From an uncultured Erythrobacter sp. (GTDB lineage: Bacteria; Pseudomonadota; Alphaproteobacteria; Sphingomonadales; Sphingomonadaceae), in assembly GCA_947504155.1 (NCBI GenBank), contig CANNGF010000004.1, positions 4,081 through 68,080 on the forward strand: DNA of 64,000 bases. The letters are read 5' to 3'. The first letter of the stretch is position 1, and every line of letters begins with the position of its first letter. The position numbers and the translations under genes are program-made. Under the pieces are notes generated by a model. That model searched no databases, had not been told where the DNA came from, and saw only the letters and a program-made list of their open reading frames with translations. This document shows positions 1 to 8,589 of the stretch, piece by piece.

Positions 1-322
1 TCAATCAACCCGGCATGACATGCTTCGGACGTCATTCGAATGGAATGAGGTCGAATTCCAAATGACGGAACTGGCGCTTTTCATCTGGCGAGATCGTGGC
101 GTGCTGACGGTTCCGAATTGCCAGCTATATCTGCCCGCCGGATCAGAACGCGCGTGGCTTGCATCGGCGGAGACTTCGCCAAGGATGTTCCGCTTGGAGG
201 CAAATGGTGTCGTTTGCACTGATACGGTTCCCGAAGATATCGAGGCCGGAAAGGGCAGGGCGGTATCGCGCTTTCAGTCCCTCCTACCCCATGACGAACT
301 GCGGAGCGATCATTGGACGTAG
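1..322 (+). CDS. Hypothetical protein, 5' truncated by the window edge
   Basis: The frame is open from base 2 (QSTRHD-MLRTSFEW...) to TAG at 320-322. No recognisable motif. Confidence 0.5.
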   Translation, partial: QSTRHDMLRTSFEWNEVEFQMTELALFIWRDRGVLTVPNCQLYLPAGSERAWLASAETSPRMFRLEANGVVCTDTVPEDIEAGKGRAVSRFQSLLPHDELRSDHWT

Positions 323-393
323 GGCGCGCTCAGTATTAGTATGCGAAGCTGGACTATCGTGGCGCAAATTGCCGTTGGGTCCCAAAAGCCATT

Positions 394-500
394 ACGGCAG
401 CTTTGCGCCCCAATCTCGGTCGTTCAAGCCTGCTCTTATTTTTCCCAAAAGCTGCCGTTGATTGAGCGGCGGCTTTGCGTCCCGATTATTGTCGTTGAAG
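394..500. repeat. Island spacer repeat cluster A: two direct ~35-bp units plus an 11-bp inverted repeat
   Basis: 394-428 ACGGCAGCTTTGCGCCCCAATCTCGGTCGTTCAAG and 466-500 GCGGCGGCTTTGCGTCCCGATTATTGTCGTTGAAG match at 26/35 ungapped. ACGGCAGCTTT (394-404) is inverted as AAAGCTGCCGT (448-458). Confidence 0.75.
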
Positions 501-630
501 TAGGAAAAGCTTAAGCCCGAATTTGGCCATCCGTTCAGACACCAACTGCGGTTGGGTTGGCATCGCGAATGATTGGAGTTTCCGCTAGTAGACCTGAGTA
601 AGTAGGATCGCGTAAGCGCCGGTGCAACAA

Positions 631-3600
631 TCAGTCGTCTGCGCGCGGCCAACGCGCCCGCCCACGCCCCTTGCGGATCACATCCACAACTCGCGTGCCC
701 TCAACGACGATACCTGCAATCAGGCTTGGCTGCTGATCATTGATCGGCTTGACGAACGGCGCGACCGGCTGAAAATCCGGCGTCATCAGCCAAGTTCGCC
801 CATCGCCAGCCGCGTTGGCCACGACGCGATAGGGACCTGGCTCCGGCGGCTCATCAATGTCCAGTCGCCGTTTGAAGGATGCCGACGTCCATTTCTGGGC
901 GCCACCAGCGAGTGCCTCCGCCCGGAACCGCTTCCAGAGCTCGGCAGTGTCCGCGTTCGGCCATTCCCCCCCGTCGGTCAGAACGGCAATCTCGTTGCTC
1001 TCAAGCCAAGCTCGCATTTCGGCCGGGGTTACGAAATTGGGATCTGTCGCTTCAATTGCGGCGATCGCCGCACGGCGAGACGGCAATCCAGCACGGATCA
1101 ACATCGACATCATGAAGCGCGGCACGCCAGTCTCCAGCGCGGCCGCACCACCACCGGCGACGATCTCCGGCTCCCAGCCGAGACTGGCGCGGCGCGTGCG
1201 GATCGCCTCCAGCGCCCAGACCAGCCGATACATGAAGGCATCCTCGATAACGCGCATATGATGCGGACCGATCTCGGAAACTTCGGCGCCGGACACCCAT
1301 TGCTTGAGCAGCGCTCGCCAGTTTCCGGGCAGCGCGTTGCGCTTGTCGGGAATGAAGGGCCTCATCACCAGCAAGTGCTCCGCGAGACCCGCCAGAGCCT
1401 CGGCGAGCGCATCGGCATCGCCGGACAGCGACGCCAGATCGGCCTGGTCAACCAGCACGCCGAGATCAGCTGCCATGGCATCGATCTTCAATCCGGCCTC
1501 GAGCCCGACGCCCATCGCGAAATGGCCGCGCCGGACCTCTGGCGTGGTTACGGACCAGATGAGATTGGCGCGGGCTTCGAGCACCAGGCGATGCGCCTTC
1601 TCGATTTCCTCGCCCTCCCGACCAATCTGGCGAGCCCATAGCGATCCGGTCAGCGCCTGGTCGATCAGTGCAGGCAAATCCGCTTGGTCGGCATCGAGTG
1701 CTTCGATGAGGCCGAACACCGTGGCGTCGAGCCGTTCAACCAATTGCGACAACGGCTCTTCGTCGATCGCGTCGCTATCGTCCTCGCCGCCGCTCTCATC
1801 CTCGCCATCATCGTCGGCGGCGACAGCGACATTGTCGTCATCTGCGTTGGGCAGCGGCGCCGGTGCGTCGGCCTCCTCATCCACCGACCGCCAGGCTTCG
1901 CGGGCGTTGGCAAGATACTCAAAGGCATCCTCGCGATCGAGCACGCCCTCGCGGCCGAGGCGATCGAGAATCTCCGCGACAATCTGAATTAGGCCGCTCT
2001 TGAGCGTCCGAGCCTTGGACGACTGGACAAGTTTGCGCCATTCCCCCCGGCGGCGTGCGACCTTGTCGTAGGCGACATGCGCGATCAGCCCCTCGACATC
2101 GACGAAAGCGCGTCCGGCCCGTCCTGCGACATTGGCAAATTCCTCGCCGCCGATGATCTCGCCGGACCTGACGAGCGCCGGGACCAGCAGAACCGCCGCA
2201 TTGAGGTTCAAACCCTGCGAGAGAGTTGGAGAGGCCACGATCACCTTCAGCACACCTTCGGCCAAAAGCACTTCGAGCTCGCGCAGGAATGGGCTTGGCA
2301 AGCGACCGTGATGGATCGCCACACCGATCTTCAGGCAAGCGACCGCTGGGTGTTCCTCGCCGAGCCATTCGGCGCCCACCTCAAGCGCGCGGGAAATGGC
2401 TGCCTCGTCATCGAGCAGGGAGCTGAGATAGCCCTTCCGCACGAACATGCAGGCTTGCTTGCCATAGCCTTCGACCCAATTGGCCTGGGTGCAGAAGATC
2501 AGGGTGCGTTTTCCCTGCGCGGCGAACTCCCAAGCCGCGAACAGCGCGAGTTGTGCGGCCTTGCGCGGATAGGGCTTGCGATCCGGCTTGATCGCCGCCT
2601 TCTCCGTCACAAAGCCGTCGATGAACGGCACATTCTCATTGAGGTCGAGCGTTAGCCTCGCTTCGGTCTGCGCGGCATTCCAAGCGAGGAAACCGTAGCG
2701 CTGACGCGTCGGGCGCCAATCGCTCCGAACGGCTTCGCCGGACTGGTCGCTGCGAATCCATGCGGTCAGATCGTCCAGCTCGGCGCCGCTTGGCAGGATC
2801 GCCGAGAGGCAGACGATGCGACGGCTCGCTGCGTCCGACCGCAGCAACAGCCGCTGGACCAATGTCTCGAAGCGGATCTCGCGTTCGCTCGGGCCAATCA
2901 TATGGCCTTCATCGAGAACTATCAGGCCAACATCGTCGATCAATCCCGGATCGTTGCGTAGCGCGAAGTCGAGCTTTTCGGGGGTGGCGATTATGATCTC
3001 GCGAGACCGCAGTGCATCTTCGTCGCCGCTAGATACTCCGCTCGCCCCATAGAGCGACGACACGCTGAAGCCGAGCGGCGCGAAAGTGCGGCGAAAGGAC
3101 CGCTCCGTTTGGGCGGACAAGGCTCGCAGTGGCGTGACGAGCAGCACGCGGCGTCCGGTCGAGAGCGTCATCAGCGCGGCGATCTCGGCAACACGGGTCT
3201 TGCCGGCGCTGGTCGGCAGTGACACCACCAGATCATCGGTGAGGTCGGTCGACCGGTGCGCAGCATCCCGCTGTGAGGGCCAAAGTTCCACCTCCGCGGT
3301 GCCGCGCGCGTATAGCAGACCGATGAACAGGTCGCGCAGCTCAAGATATCGCTCGGCGCCGCCTTCGGGCGGTTCGACCGGTAGGGTGCGGTGAAACGAA
3401 TGTTCCCACAGATCGTCGATCACATGGCGGCAGAGGGCGATCGTCCACCAGAGCGAGACCATGCCGGCATTGTCTGCGATTCGCCCGGCGGTTGCGAGCA
3501 GGTCGCGGGCGTCCTGGATGAGCTTATCGTCACCCGTCTGCAGCCCGAAGTCGAAATAAGCGACGGCTCGGCAAATTGTGCCGTTTAGGATGATGGCGAA

Positions 3601-4161
3601 GGTCTCGTCCAGGTCGCCATCATCGGCATCAGCGAGCGCGGCGGCTATGGACTCGTCGTCCACATCGTCGCCGGCCAGCCACTCGCGGATATAGACGCGA
3701 AGTCGGTCGAGATCGCGCAGGATCAGCAGCTTGATCGCCACTTCTCCCGGCGCGAAGTTGAGATCGTCGGGTGCTTCGCTGAACAGTGAATAGGCCACTG
3801 CGGAGTAGCCGGCGAGATGATAGGCCGCCGCCGCCAATGTTCTGTGGAAGCCGAGATCCTTGTCTTCTGGATTCGCGTTGCGGCCCAGTGCTTCGAACGC
3901 CGTAGCGGCGCGATAGAAGCCTTGACCCGACAAAGGCGTCGAGCCTTCCAGCGATCGTAGCGCGAGCGATGCGCGTAGCACCGCGAAGCCATGTTCGGCG
4001 AGATCGGTCTCGATCGTCGCGCCGAGCGGTGGAGCGTCCGCGGGGAGCACGCCGTCGGCACGCATGAGCGACCACGCCGTTCCCCTGGAGTTGATCTGGC
4101 CCCAGACACCGGGCCGCGTCGCCGTCTTGAGAAAGCCGCGCAGTTCTTCAATCGTCTCCAA
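631..4161 (-). CDS. hamB: Hachiman anti-phage SF2 (Ski2-like DEAD/DEAH) helicase HamB
   Basis: Walker A LPTSAGKT, Walker B LDEGH, IHHG, ASPTLSQGLN and NVAGRAGR motifs; directly downstream of a DUF1837-like gene. Probable TTG start at 4161 behind GGAGG; the track start is 4179. Confidence 0.88.
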   Translation of the reverse strand: METIEELRGFLKTATRPGVWGQINSRGTAWSLMRADGVLPADAPPLGATIETDLAEHGFAVLRASLALRSLEGSTPLSGQGFYRAATAFEALGRNANPEDKDLGFHRTLAAAAYHLAGYSAVAYSLFSEAPDDLNFAPGEVAIKLLILRDLDRLRVYIREWLAGDDVDDESIAAALADADDGDLDETFAIILNGTICRAVAYFDFGLQTGDDKLIQDARDLLATAGRIADNAGMVSLWWTIALCRHVIDDLWEHSFHRTLPVEPPEGGAERYLELRDLFIGLLYARGTAEVELWPSQRDAAHRSTDLTDDLVVSLPTSAGKTRVAEIAALMTLSTGRRVLLVTPLRALSAQTERSFRRTFAPLGFSVSSLYGASGVSSGDEDALRSREIIIATPEKLDFALRNDPGLIDDVGLIVLDEGHMIGPSEREIRFETLVQRLLLRSDAASRRIVCLSAILPSGAELDDLTAWIRSDQSGEAVRSDWRPTRQRYGFLAWNAAQTEARLTLDLNENVPFIDGFVTEKAAIKPDRKPYPRKAAQLALFAAWEFAAQGKRTLIFCTQANWVEGYGKQACMFVRKGYLSSLLDDEAAISRALEVGAEWLGEEHPAVACLKIGVAIHHGRLPSPFLRELEVLLAEGVLKVIVASPTLSQGLNLNAAVLLVPALVRSGEIIGGEEFANVAGRAGRAFVDVEGLIAHVAYDKVARRRGEWRKLVQSSKARTLKSGLIQIVAEILDRLGREGVLDREDAFEYLANAREAWRSVDEEADAPAPLPNADDDNVAVAADDDGEDESGGEDDSDAIDEEPLSQLVERLDATVFGLIEALDADQADLPALIDQALTGSLWARQIGREGEEIEKAHRLVLEARANLIWSVTTPEVRRGHFAMGVGLEAGLKIDAMAADLGVLVDQADLASLSGDADALAEALAGLAEHLLVMRPFIPDKRNALPGNWRALLKQWVSGAEVSEIGPHHMRVIEDAFMYRLVWALEAIRTRRASLGWEPEIVAGGGAAALETGVPRFMMSMLIRAGLPSRRAAIAAIEATDPNFVTPAEMRAWLESNEIAVLTDGGEWPNADTAELWKRFRAEALAGGAQKWTSASFKRRLDIDEPPEPGPYRVVANAAGDGRTWLMTPDFQPVAPFVKPINDQQPSLIAGIVVEGTRVVDVIRKGRGRARWPRADD

Positions 4162-4927
4162 GGTTTTCCACCTCCTCATAGACCTCGGCGATAAAGTCCT
4201 GATGATCCTGAATCCGCAGATTGACGGCGAATTGCCGGCGGGCGGTGCTGGCCGCGTCGAGATCTGCCTTCAGGGCGGCCGGCGGCGCATTGCCCGATAG
4301 GGTGAACAGCATATGGTCGATGCGGGCATGCGGGACTGCCTCAAGCCCGACCTCGTCGCGGATCAGCCGACCGAGCGCGACATCATCCTCGTCGTCGCTT
4401 TCCAGCAGCAACTTGGCGACGAACAACAATGAACCGGGCGTGCAGCGCCCATTGTCGCGGTTCAGAACCTCGCGCGCCTTGGTGATGGTGGACTGGTTCA
4501 GATTGGCGGCACTCTTGGCTTCACCCTTGAGTAGCCAGAGCTTGCCACTCTCGCTCTCGCCCACGCCGATGAAATCGTCGCCGCGCATAGCCATTTCGCG
4601 GCCGTCCTTGTAGCGCAGGCGCCGCACGGGAACGCGAAGATCAACCATCTCTTCGACAAGCTCGGTTGCGACAATCTCGCCCAGATCGCCCGAACGTCCC
4701 TTCTTGCCCTGGGGCAGTTCGGCATTCAGGATCTTGGCGGCAGCCTTGTATCCCAGCCGCTCCACATCGGCGGCGATATGTTCGAGCCGATCGTAATGGG
4801 AGCGAACGGTTTCGATCAGGCTGTCGCGAACCTTCTCGCGACCATCTGCCTTCTCGACGAGCGTCCAATAAGACCGCCGTCCGTTTGCGTCGACCGTCCG
4901 GTCGCACCAACTCTTAAAAAGCGCCAC
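4148..4927 (-). CDS. hamA: Hachiman HamA (DUF1837-like PD-(D/E)xK nuclease)
   Basis: RSGDLGEI...RGDD...GEAKS motif series typical of HamA/DUF1837; 259 aa; stop overlaps the helicase start. Confidence 0.85.
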   Translation of the reverse strand: MALFKSWCDRTVDANGRRSYWTLVEKADGREKVRDSLIETVRSHYDRLEHIAADVERLGYKAAAKILNAELPQGKKGRSGDLGEIVATELVEEMVDLRVPVRRLRYKDGREMAMRGDDFIGVGESESGKLWLLKGEAKSAANLNQSTITKAREVLNRDNGRCTPGSLLFVAKLLLESDDEDDVALGRLIRDEVGLEAVPHARIDHMLFTLSGNAPPAALKADLDAASTARRQFAVNLRIQDHQDFIAEVYEEVENLGDD

Positions 4928-5143
4928 AAAACCCCCCGGGGATTACCTGTATACGCAATGCCAACCGCTTTGTCGCGCTACTGTGGTCGAATTACAGAAA
5001 CGCGTATCAGGCAAAGTATTATGTCACCGCAATATCGCCACCAGCGCGCAAAACAGATCGTCGAGCGCAGAGTAGCTGTTTACGCCTGCAGGCTGCTCTG
5101 GCAACCGTTGGCTCTCAAATTGCGCAGATTAGAGAGCCAGCAC

Positions 5144-5292
5144 AAATGGCAGCCTTTCGTAAGATTTACCTAAGGGTCGCAAGTCCGCTTTCGTCCCACT
5201 TTGCGCCGGTCATTCGCTCGCTAAGTGGAGGGTGCTTTCAGCAGTGACGAATGGGTGCTTCGATGGCCGAGATTAGGGTGGGAAGCGGACGT
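5144..5292. repeat. Island spacer repeat cluster B, an imperfect ~110-bp palindrome
   Basis: Reverse complement of 5258-5292 (ACGTCCGCTTCCCACCCTAATCTCGGCCATCGAAG) matches 394-428 at 25/35 ungapped. Arms GTCCGCTTTCGTCCCAC (5183-5199) and GTGGGAAGCGGAC (5278-5290); inner CATTCG/CGAATG pair. Confidence 0.75.
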
Positions 5293-5299
5293 CTGATGA

Positions 5300-5623
5300 C
5301 TATGTGGCGCGAGGTCCAAACAGGATGATAGTAGCACCGATGAGACAGACGCTCGCGCCAATCATGTCCCACCTGTCTGGCTTGGCGCCTTCGACGATCC
5401 ATAGCCAAGCAATTGCCGAGACGATGTAAACACCGCCATAGGCTGCGTAAGTTCGGCCCGCATGTTCAGCTTCAACAAGCGTGAGCAAATAGGCGAAGAG
5501 AGCCAAGGCTATCATGCCCGGAACAACCCACCAGACCGACTTATCTAAGCGCAACCATGCCCAGAATGCGAAGCAACCTGCGATTTCAGCTATCGCTGCT
5601 CCGATGTATGCGAAGGCGGTCAT
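5300..5623 (-). CDS. ynfA: YnfA/UPF0060 family small multidrug-resistance-like membrane protein
   Basis: 107 aa, four hydrophobic segments; [24 protein letters not shown] and PDRWD motifs of YnfA. Confidence 0.9.
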   Translation of the reverse strand: MTAFAYIGAAIAEIAGCFAFWAWLRLDKSVWWVVPGMIALALFAYLLTLVEAEHAGRTYAAYGGVYIVSAIAWLWIVEGAKPDRWDMIGASVCLIGATIILFGPRAT

Positions 5624-5646
5624 GCCCTTCGTTCGCAGCTAAATTG

Positions 5647-5725
5647 AACATCCGCAATTGCGTCGTTGGGCGAACGACGGCTTTCCGCCTTTGTCGCATT
5701 GGAAGCTGACGGTCTGGAAGCGGCC
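5647..5725. repeat. Island spacer repeat cluster C
   Basis: AACATCCGCAATTGCGTCGTTGGGCGA followed by ACGACGGCTTTCCGCC (5674-5689; 13/16 to the start of unit 394-428). Internal CGTCGTT/AACGACG hairpin; GGAAGCGG core near 5716-5723. Confidence 0.6.
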
Positions 5726-5736
5726 CAGAATTGGAC

Positions 5737-6162
5737 TCAGTTTGTAGTGGAGACCCTTCCTGTTGCTTCGCGGATATCTTGCTCTGAATAGGGCGGTTCA
5801 GTGACATTTTGACCTGGCCGGTAATCTGGATGTTCACCGCACTTAACCCACCGTCCTTCGCCGATTTCGCCAGGACACCAGCCGCGTTTTTCCAAATCTA
5901 TTAAAAGTTTTCGCCTATTATTACATGCTCGCATTGTTTCCGGGGCGTCGCCGTGCCCACCTCGGCAGCGCGCATTCTCAGAGGCCGCCCTTTTCATTAA
6001 GGATTTGACCTTCAAGGCGCCTTTGCCAATGCCGATATCTCCATCGGCTGCGCTTTGGTCTACGACGGTGCTTTTTCTGTGACGCAACTGGTCCTGCTCC
6101 TCCGGACCGCAACTTGCCATGAGCACGAGCGGTAAGATGAGGGCTGCAAAATCTCCGCGCAT
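5737..6162 (-). CDS. Cys-rich hypothetical lipoprotein
   Basis: 141 aa; hydrophobic signal ending in lipobox-like LMASC; CRGGHGD...C...GWC...C pattern. Confidence 0.65.
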   Translation of the reverse strand: MRGDFAALILPLVLMASCGPEEQDQLRHRKSTVVDQSAADGDIGIGKGALKVKSLMKRAASENARCRGGHGDAPETMRACNNRRKLLIDLEKRGWCPGEIGEGRWVKCGEHPDYRPGQNVTEPPYSEQDIREATGRVSTTN

Positions 6163-6186
6163 ACAAACAAATTGTCACATTCTCTT

Positions 6187-6391
6187 GATGTCTGCAATGG
6201 GGTCTATTGTGTTGAAAAACTCCGCAGGCACCTTCGGCGGGAAATATTAAAACTCATAAGAGCTCATGCCTGCATCATTACCTCAAGACACCTTCTCCCG
6301 TTGGATCATTATTACGGAAAATCGGCTGCGGATCGGGTCAGGCCGAGTTTTTCAACACAATAGGGTCGTAAGCCGAATGGCTCCTTCGCGC
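6187..6391. repeat. Island spacer repeat cluster D, interrupted by a MITE-like insertion
   Basis: Removing 6205-6362 and one GGGTC restores GATGTCTGCAATGGGGTCGTAAGCCGAATGGCTCCTTCGCGC, colinear with cluster C at 27/42. Confidence 0.65.
6205..6362. mobile_element. 158-bp non-autonomous MITE-like element
   Basis: Perfect 18-bp TIRs TATTGTGTTGAAAAACTC (6205-6222) and GAGTTTTTCAACACAATA (6345-6362), flanked by GGGTC direct repeats (6200-6204, 6363-6367). Alternative reading: 19-bp TIR with a GGT duplication. Confidence 0.8.
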
Positions 6392-6441
6392 GTCAGGACC
6401 GCCAGGAGAAGACGGTCAGCTAACGGCCCCGTTCTTGGCTC

Positions 6442-8553
6442 TCAGGCTGACTTCTTTCGCCGTCCTCTGCGTGCACCGTGGCGTTGGCGCTCCAGCGGAC
6501 GCAACCTCAGTGGCCTTTGCTCGATATGTGCGGTCAGGAACGAGAGATGTTGGAGGGCGGCGAGTTTATCTCCCAGTTCGGCCTCCTCGTCGTAGGTCTG
6601 CTCGGTCTCGGTATTTCCTTCGTGTCCGAAGATGTCACAGCGGACACTATCGGCAACCTTTCCTTTCAGGATCGTGGTGCACAACCCCCGGTAGCTGTGC
6701 ACATTTTTGTCGATCCAGGCCCCCTTGTTTCGATGTCGCCATTCGGTGCCTTCAGGAAACGCCCACGCGCGCAGCTTATTAAACACTGACTTCCTAAAGG
6801 TGTCGGCAAAGCTTTTGGCTTTCGGAGCCTTCATTTCCGGAAACAGATATGTGTGACCAAGGCCTCGCATCTCACGAACATAATCGATGAAGCCGAGGCG
6901 AATAAGTTCAGGATGAATTGGCAGCTTACGGATGGACTGAACGTTCTTCAGATCGCGATCTTCAGTGTAGTCGATCTGCATGAATGGGATTGGGTCATCT
7001 TCATGCACATCCGCCAGCCGCAGTCCGGCTAGTTCGGAACTCCGGCCACCATAGAGCGGCAGCATTAATGGTAGATAATACCAAGCGTCGTGAAAAATCT
7101 CGTCGCCAGCGCTCAGGCGATCGTCCAGGCTTGCTGAACCGGACCACACCGGGGCGTTCAGGATGTGACAAACCTCTTCCTTGGTCCAGTTCGCCCGCAG
7201 GTCGCGCTTGCGCTTTGCTTTCCGGCCGCCATTCTTCGTCAGCGTTGCGCGAGCCGATCTAAAATCGAGAGGTTCTGCTGTCTTATGGCCACCGCCCTCC
7301 GCGCTTGAGCTAAACTCGATGACCTTCCCGATCCAAGTCAGGTGCTTGTTCATCGTTTTCTGGCTGATGCCGAGTTCGGATGCGGGCATCTCTTTCGCCC
7401 GCTCCAAACTGGCTGGGAAGCCATGCTCGCGTTCGGCAGTGGTGCGACCCCAACGATTGGGGAGGGCCCGGCACAGCGCCTTGAATTTCGACACACTTTC
7501 TTGACCGATGTCTTCAACTTTGATGTTCCCACCGCAAGCGAAGTCGAACATCGCGATAGCTGTTCGAACCTGCTTGATAGTGTCGGGGCTCCAGCCATCT
7601 TCGTAAGAGGCCGCCGCGATGCAATCTTCAGCGGCCGTTTTCAGCAGCTTGGTATTGGCGACCTCGGCCTTTGAGCGCTGAGCAGGAGCCTTGGTTTCAG
7701 CAGCCAAATCAGCTGTTTTGGGCGAAGCTTTTTGGGCGTATTCCTTTTGCGGCTCTCTACCAGCCTCTTCATAACAAGCGGATGATTCAACTGGCTCGGG
7801 CGTAATCGGCGTCGGCTCAGTAGCATGCGCCTCATCGTCGGTCTCTTGCTCGTCAGGTCCACTGGCCGCAGGTTCGGAGCTTGTCTCATAGGCGAGGGGG
7901 GAATCGTCCCGAAGAGCCTCGTCGATCCAATCTCGGAAATCGAACCTGCTATCCGGCAATTGTCGTGAAGCCTCCCGGCAAGCAGCCGCTCGCGCCTCAT
8001 AGATCAGGCGCTGCAGCTTTTCGAGGTTTGAGCGAGTCGGGGTGATTCCGAAGCTGGAGGCGTAGTCGTCGATTTGACGCTTCGATACTTCGATCTGTCC
8101 CCGGCGCTCATGACACAACATTGCGACGCACGATGCATCATTCGCAGACCAGCCTTGCGCTAGGAGATCGTCGAAGTGATCTGGAGTAAAATCGGCATTA
8201 ATTCCGCGACGGGCGCGGATGTCCCAGAACTCCGCGAAGACTCGATTGACGCGCGTGTCTTCGGCCGGATCGCCGCCTCCTCCGATCTGATCTGTCAAGA
8301 TACGGTTCAATTGGACTCGCAGCGCGTCCTTGAACACACCCTTCATTTGATCGGGACGGATCGCTAATCCAACACTTCCATACGACATGACCAAGTTCCT
8401 CGCCTGAACCTCCAGACGAGCCATAATATCACACGCAGTTCTATAGTTGCCAGTGCAAAGTGAGAACGAAACAGAAACGGGTGTTCCGGCAAGGGTGAAC
8501 TTGCGGCGCCAGTGATAGGATCCACCGCGAAGGCGAAGATTGGTAATCGTCAT
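6442..8553 (-). CDS. Large tyrosine recombinase/integrase with DUF6538-like N-terminus (~703 aa)
   Basis: Catalytic series GGRSSE(R), HSYR (H-x-x-R), FGHE (H) and QTY (Y). N-terminus MTITNLRLRGGSYHWRRK. ATG at 8553 with GGAG upstream; the track start is 8637. Confidence 0.9.
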   Translation of the reverse strand: MTITNLRLRGGSYHWRRKFTLAGTPVSVSFSLCTGNYRTACDIMARLEVQARNLVMSYGSVGLAIRPDQMKGVFKDALRVQLNRILTDQIGGGGDPAEDTRVNRVFAEFWDIRARRGINADFTPDHFDDLLAQGWSANDASCVAMLCHERRGQIEVSKRQIDDYASSFGITPTRSNLEKLQRLIYEARAAACREASRQLPDSRFDFRDWIDEALRDDSPLAYETSSEPAASGPDEQETDDEAHATEPTPITPEPVESSACYEEAGREPQKEYAQKASPKTADLAAETKAPAQRSKAEVANTKLLKTAAEDCIAAASYEDGWSPDTIKQVRTAIAMFDFACGGNIKVEDIGQESVSKFKALCRALPNRWGRTTAEREHGFPASLERAKEMPASELGISQKTMNKHLTWIGKVIEFSSSAEGGGHKTAEPLDFRSARATLTKNGGRKAKRKRDLRANWTKEEVCHILNAPVWSGSASLDDRLSAGDEIFHDAWYYLPLMLPLYGGRSSELAGLRLADVHEDDPIPFMQIDYTEDRDLKNVQSIRKLPIHPELIRLGFIDYVREMRGLGHTYLFPEMKAPKAKSFADTFRKSVFNKLRAWAFPEGTEWRHRNKGAWIDKNVHSYRGLCTTILKGKVADSVRCDIFGHEGNTETEQTYDEEAELGDKLAALQHLSFLTAHIEQRPLRLRPLERQRHGARRGRRKKSA

Positions 8554-8568
8554 CGAATGCGCTCCCTT

Positions 8569-8589
8569 TGGGAACAGCGATGGGAACAG
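8569..8589. repeat. 9-bp direct repeat TGGGAACAG x2 between the integrase start and the tRNA
   Basis: Exact copies at 8569-8577 and 8581-8589 (12-bp period). Confidence 0.6.

Noticed and set aside
322-6441. Canonical class-1-type integron with attC sites
   Set aside because: The spacers lack RYYYAAC...GTTRRRY cores, and the integrase is far larger than IntI with no recognisable IntI-specific insertion. Kept only as an analogy.
322-6441. CRISPR array
   Set aside because: The repeats are degenerate, unevenly spaced and separated by whole genes; no cas genes are in the window.
8572-8587. LexA box upstream of the integrase
   Set aside because: The spacer is 8 nt (GAAC-N8-GAAC), not the 7 nt of the two clear boxes in this window. 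Not called as an SOS box.
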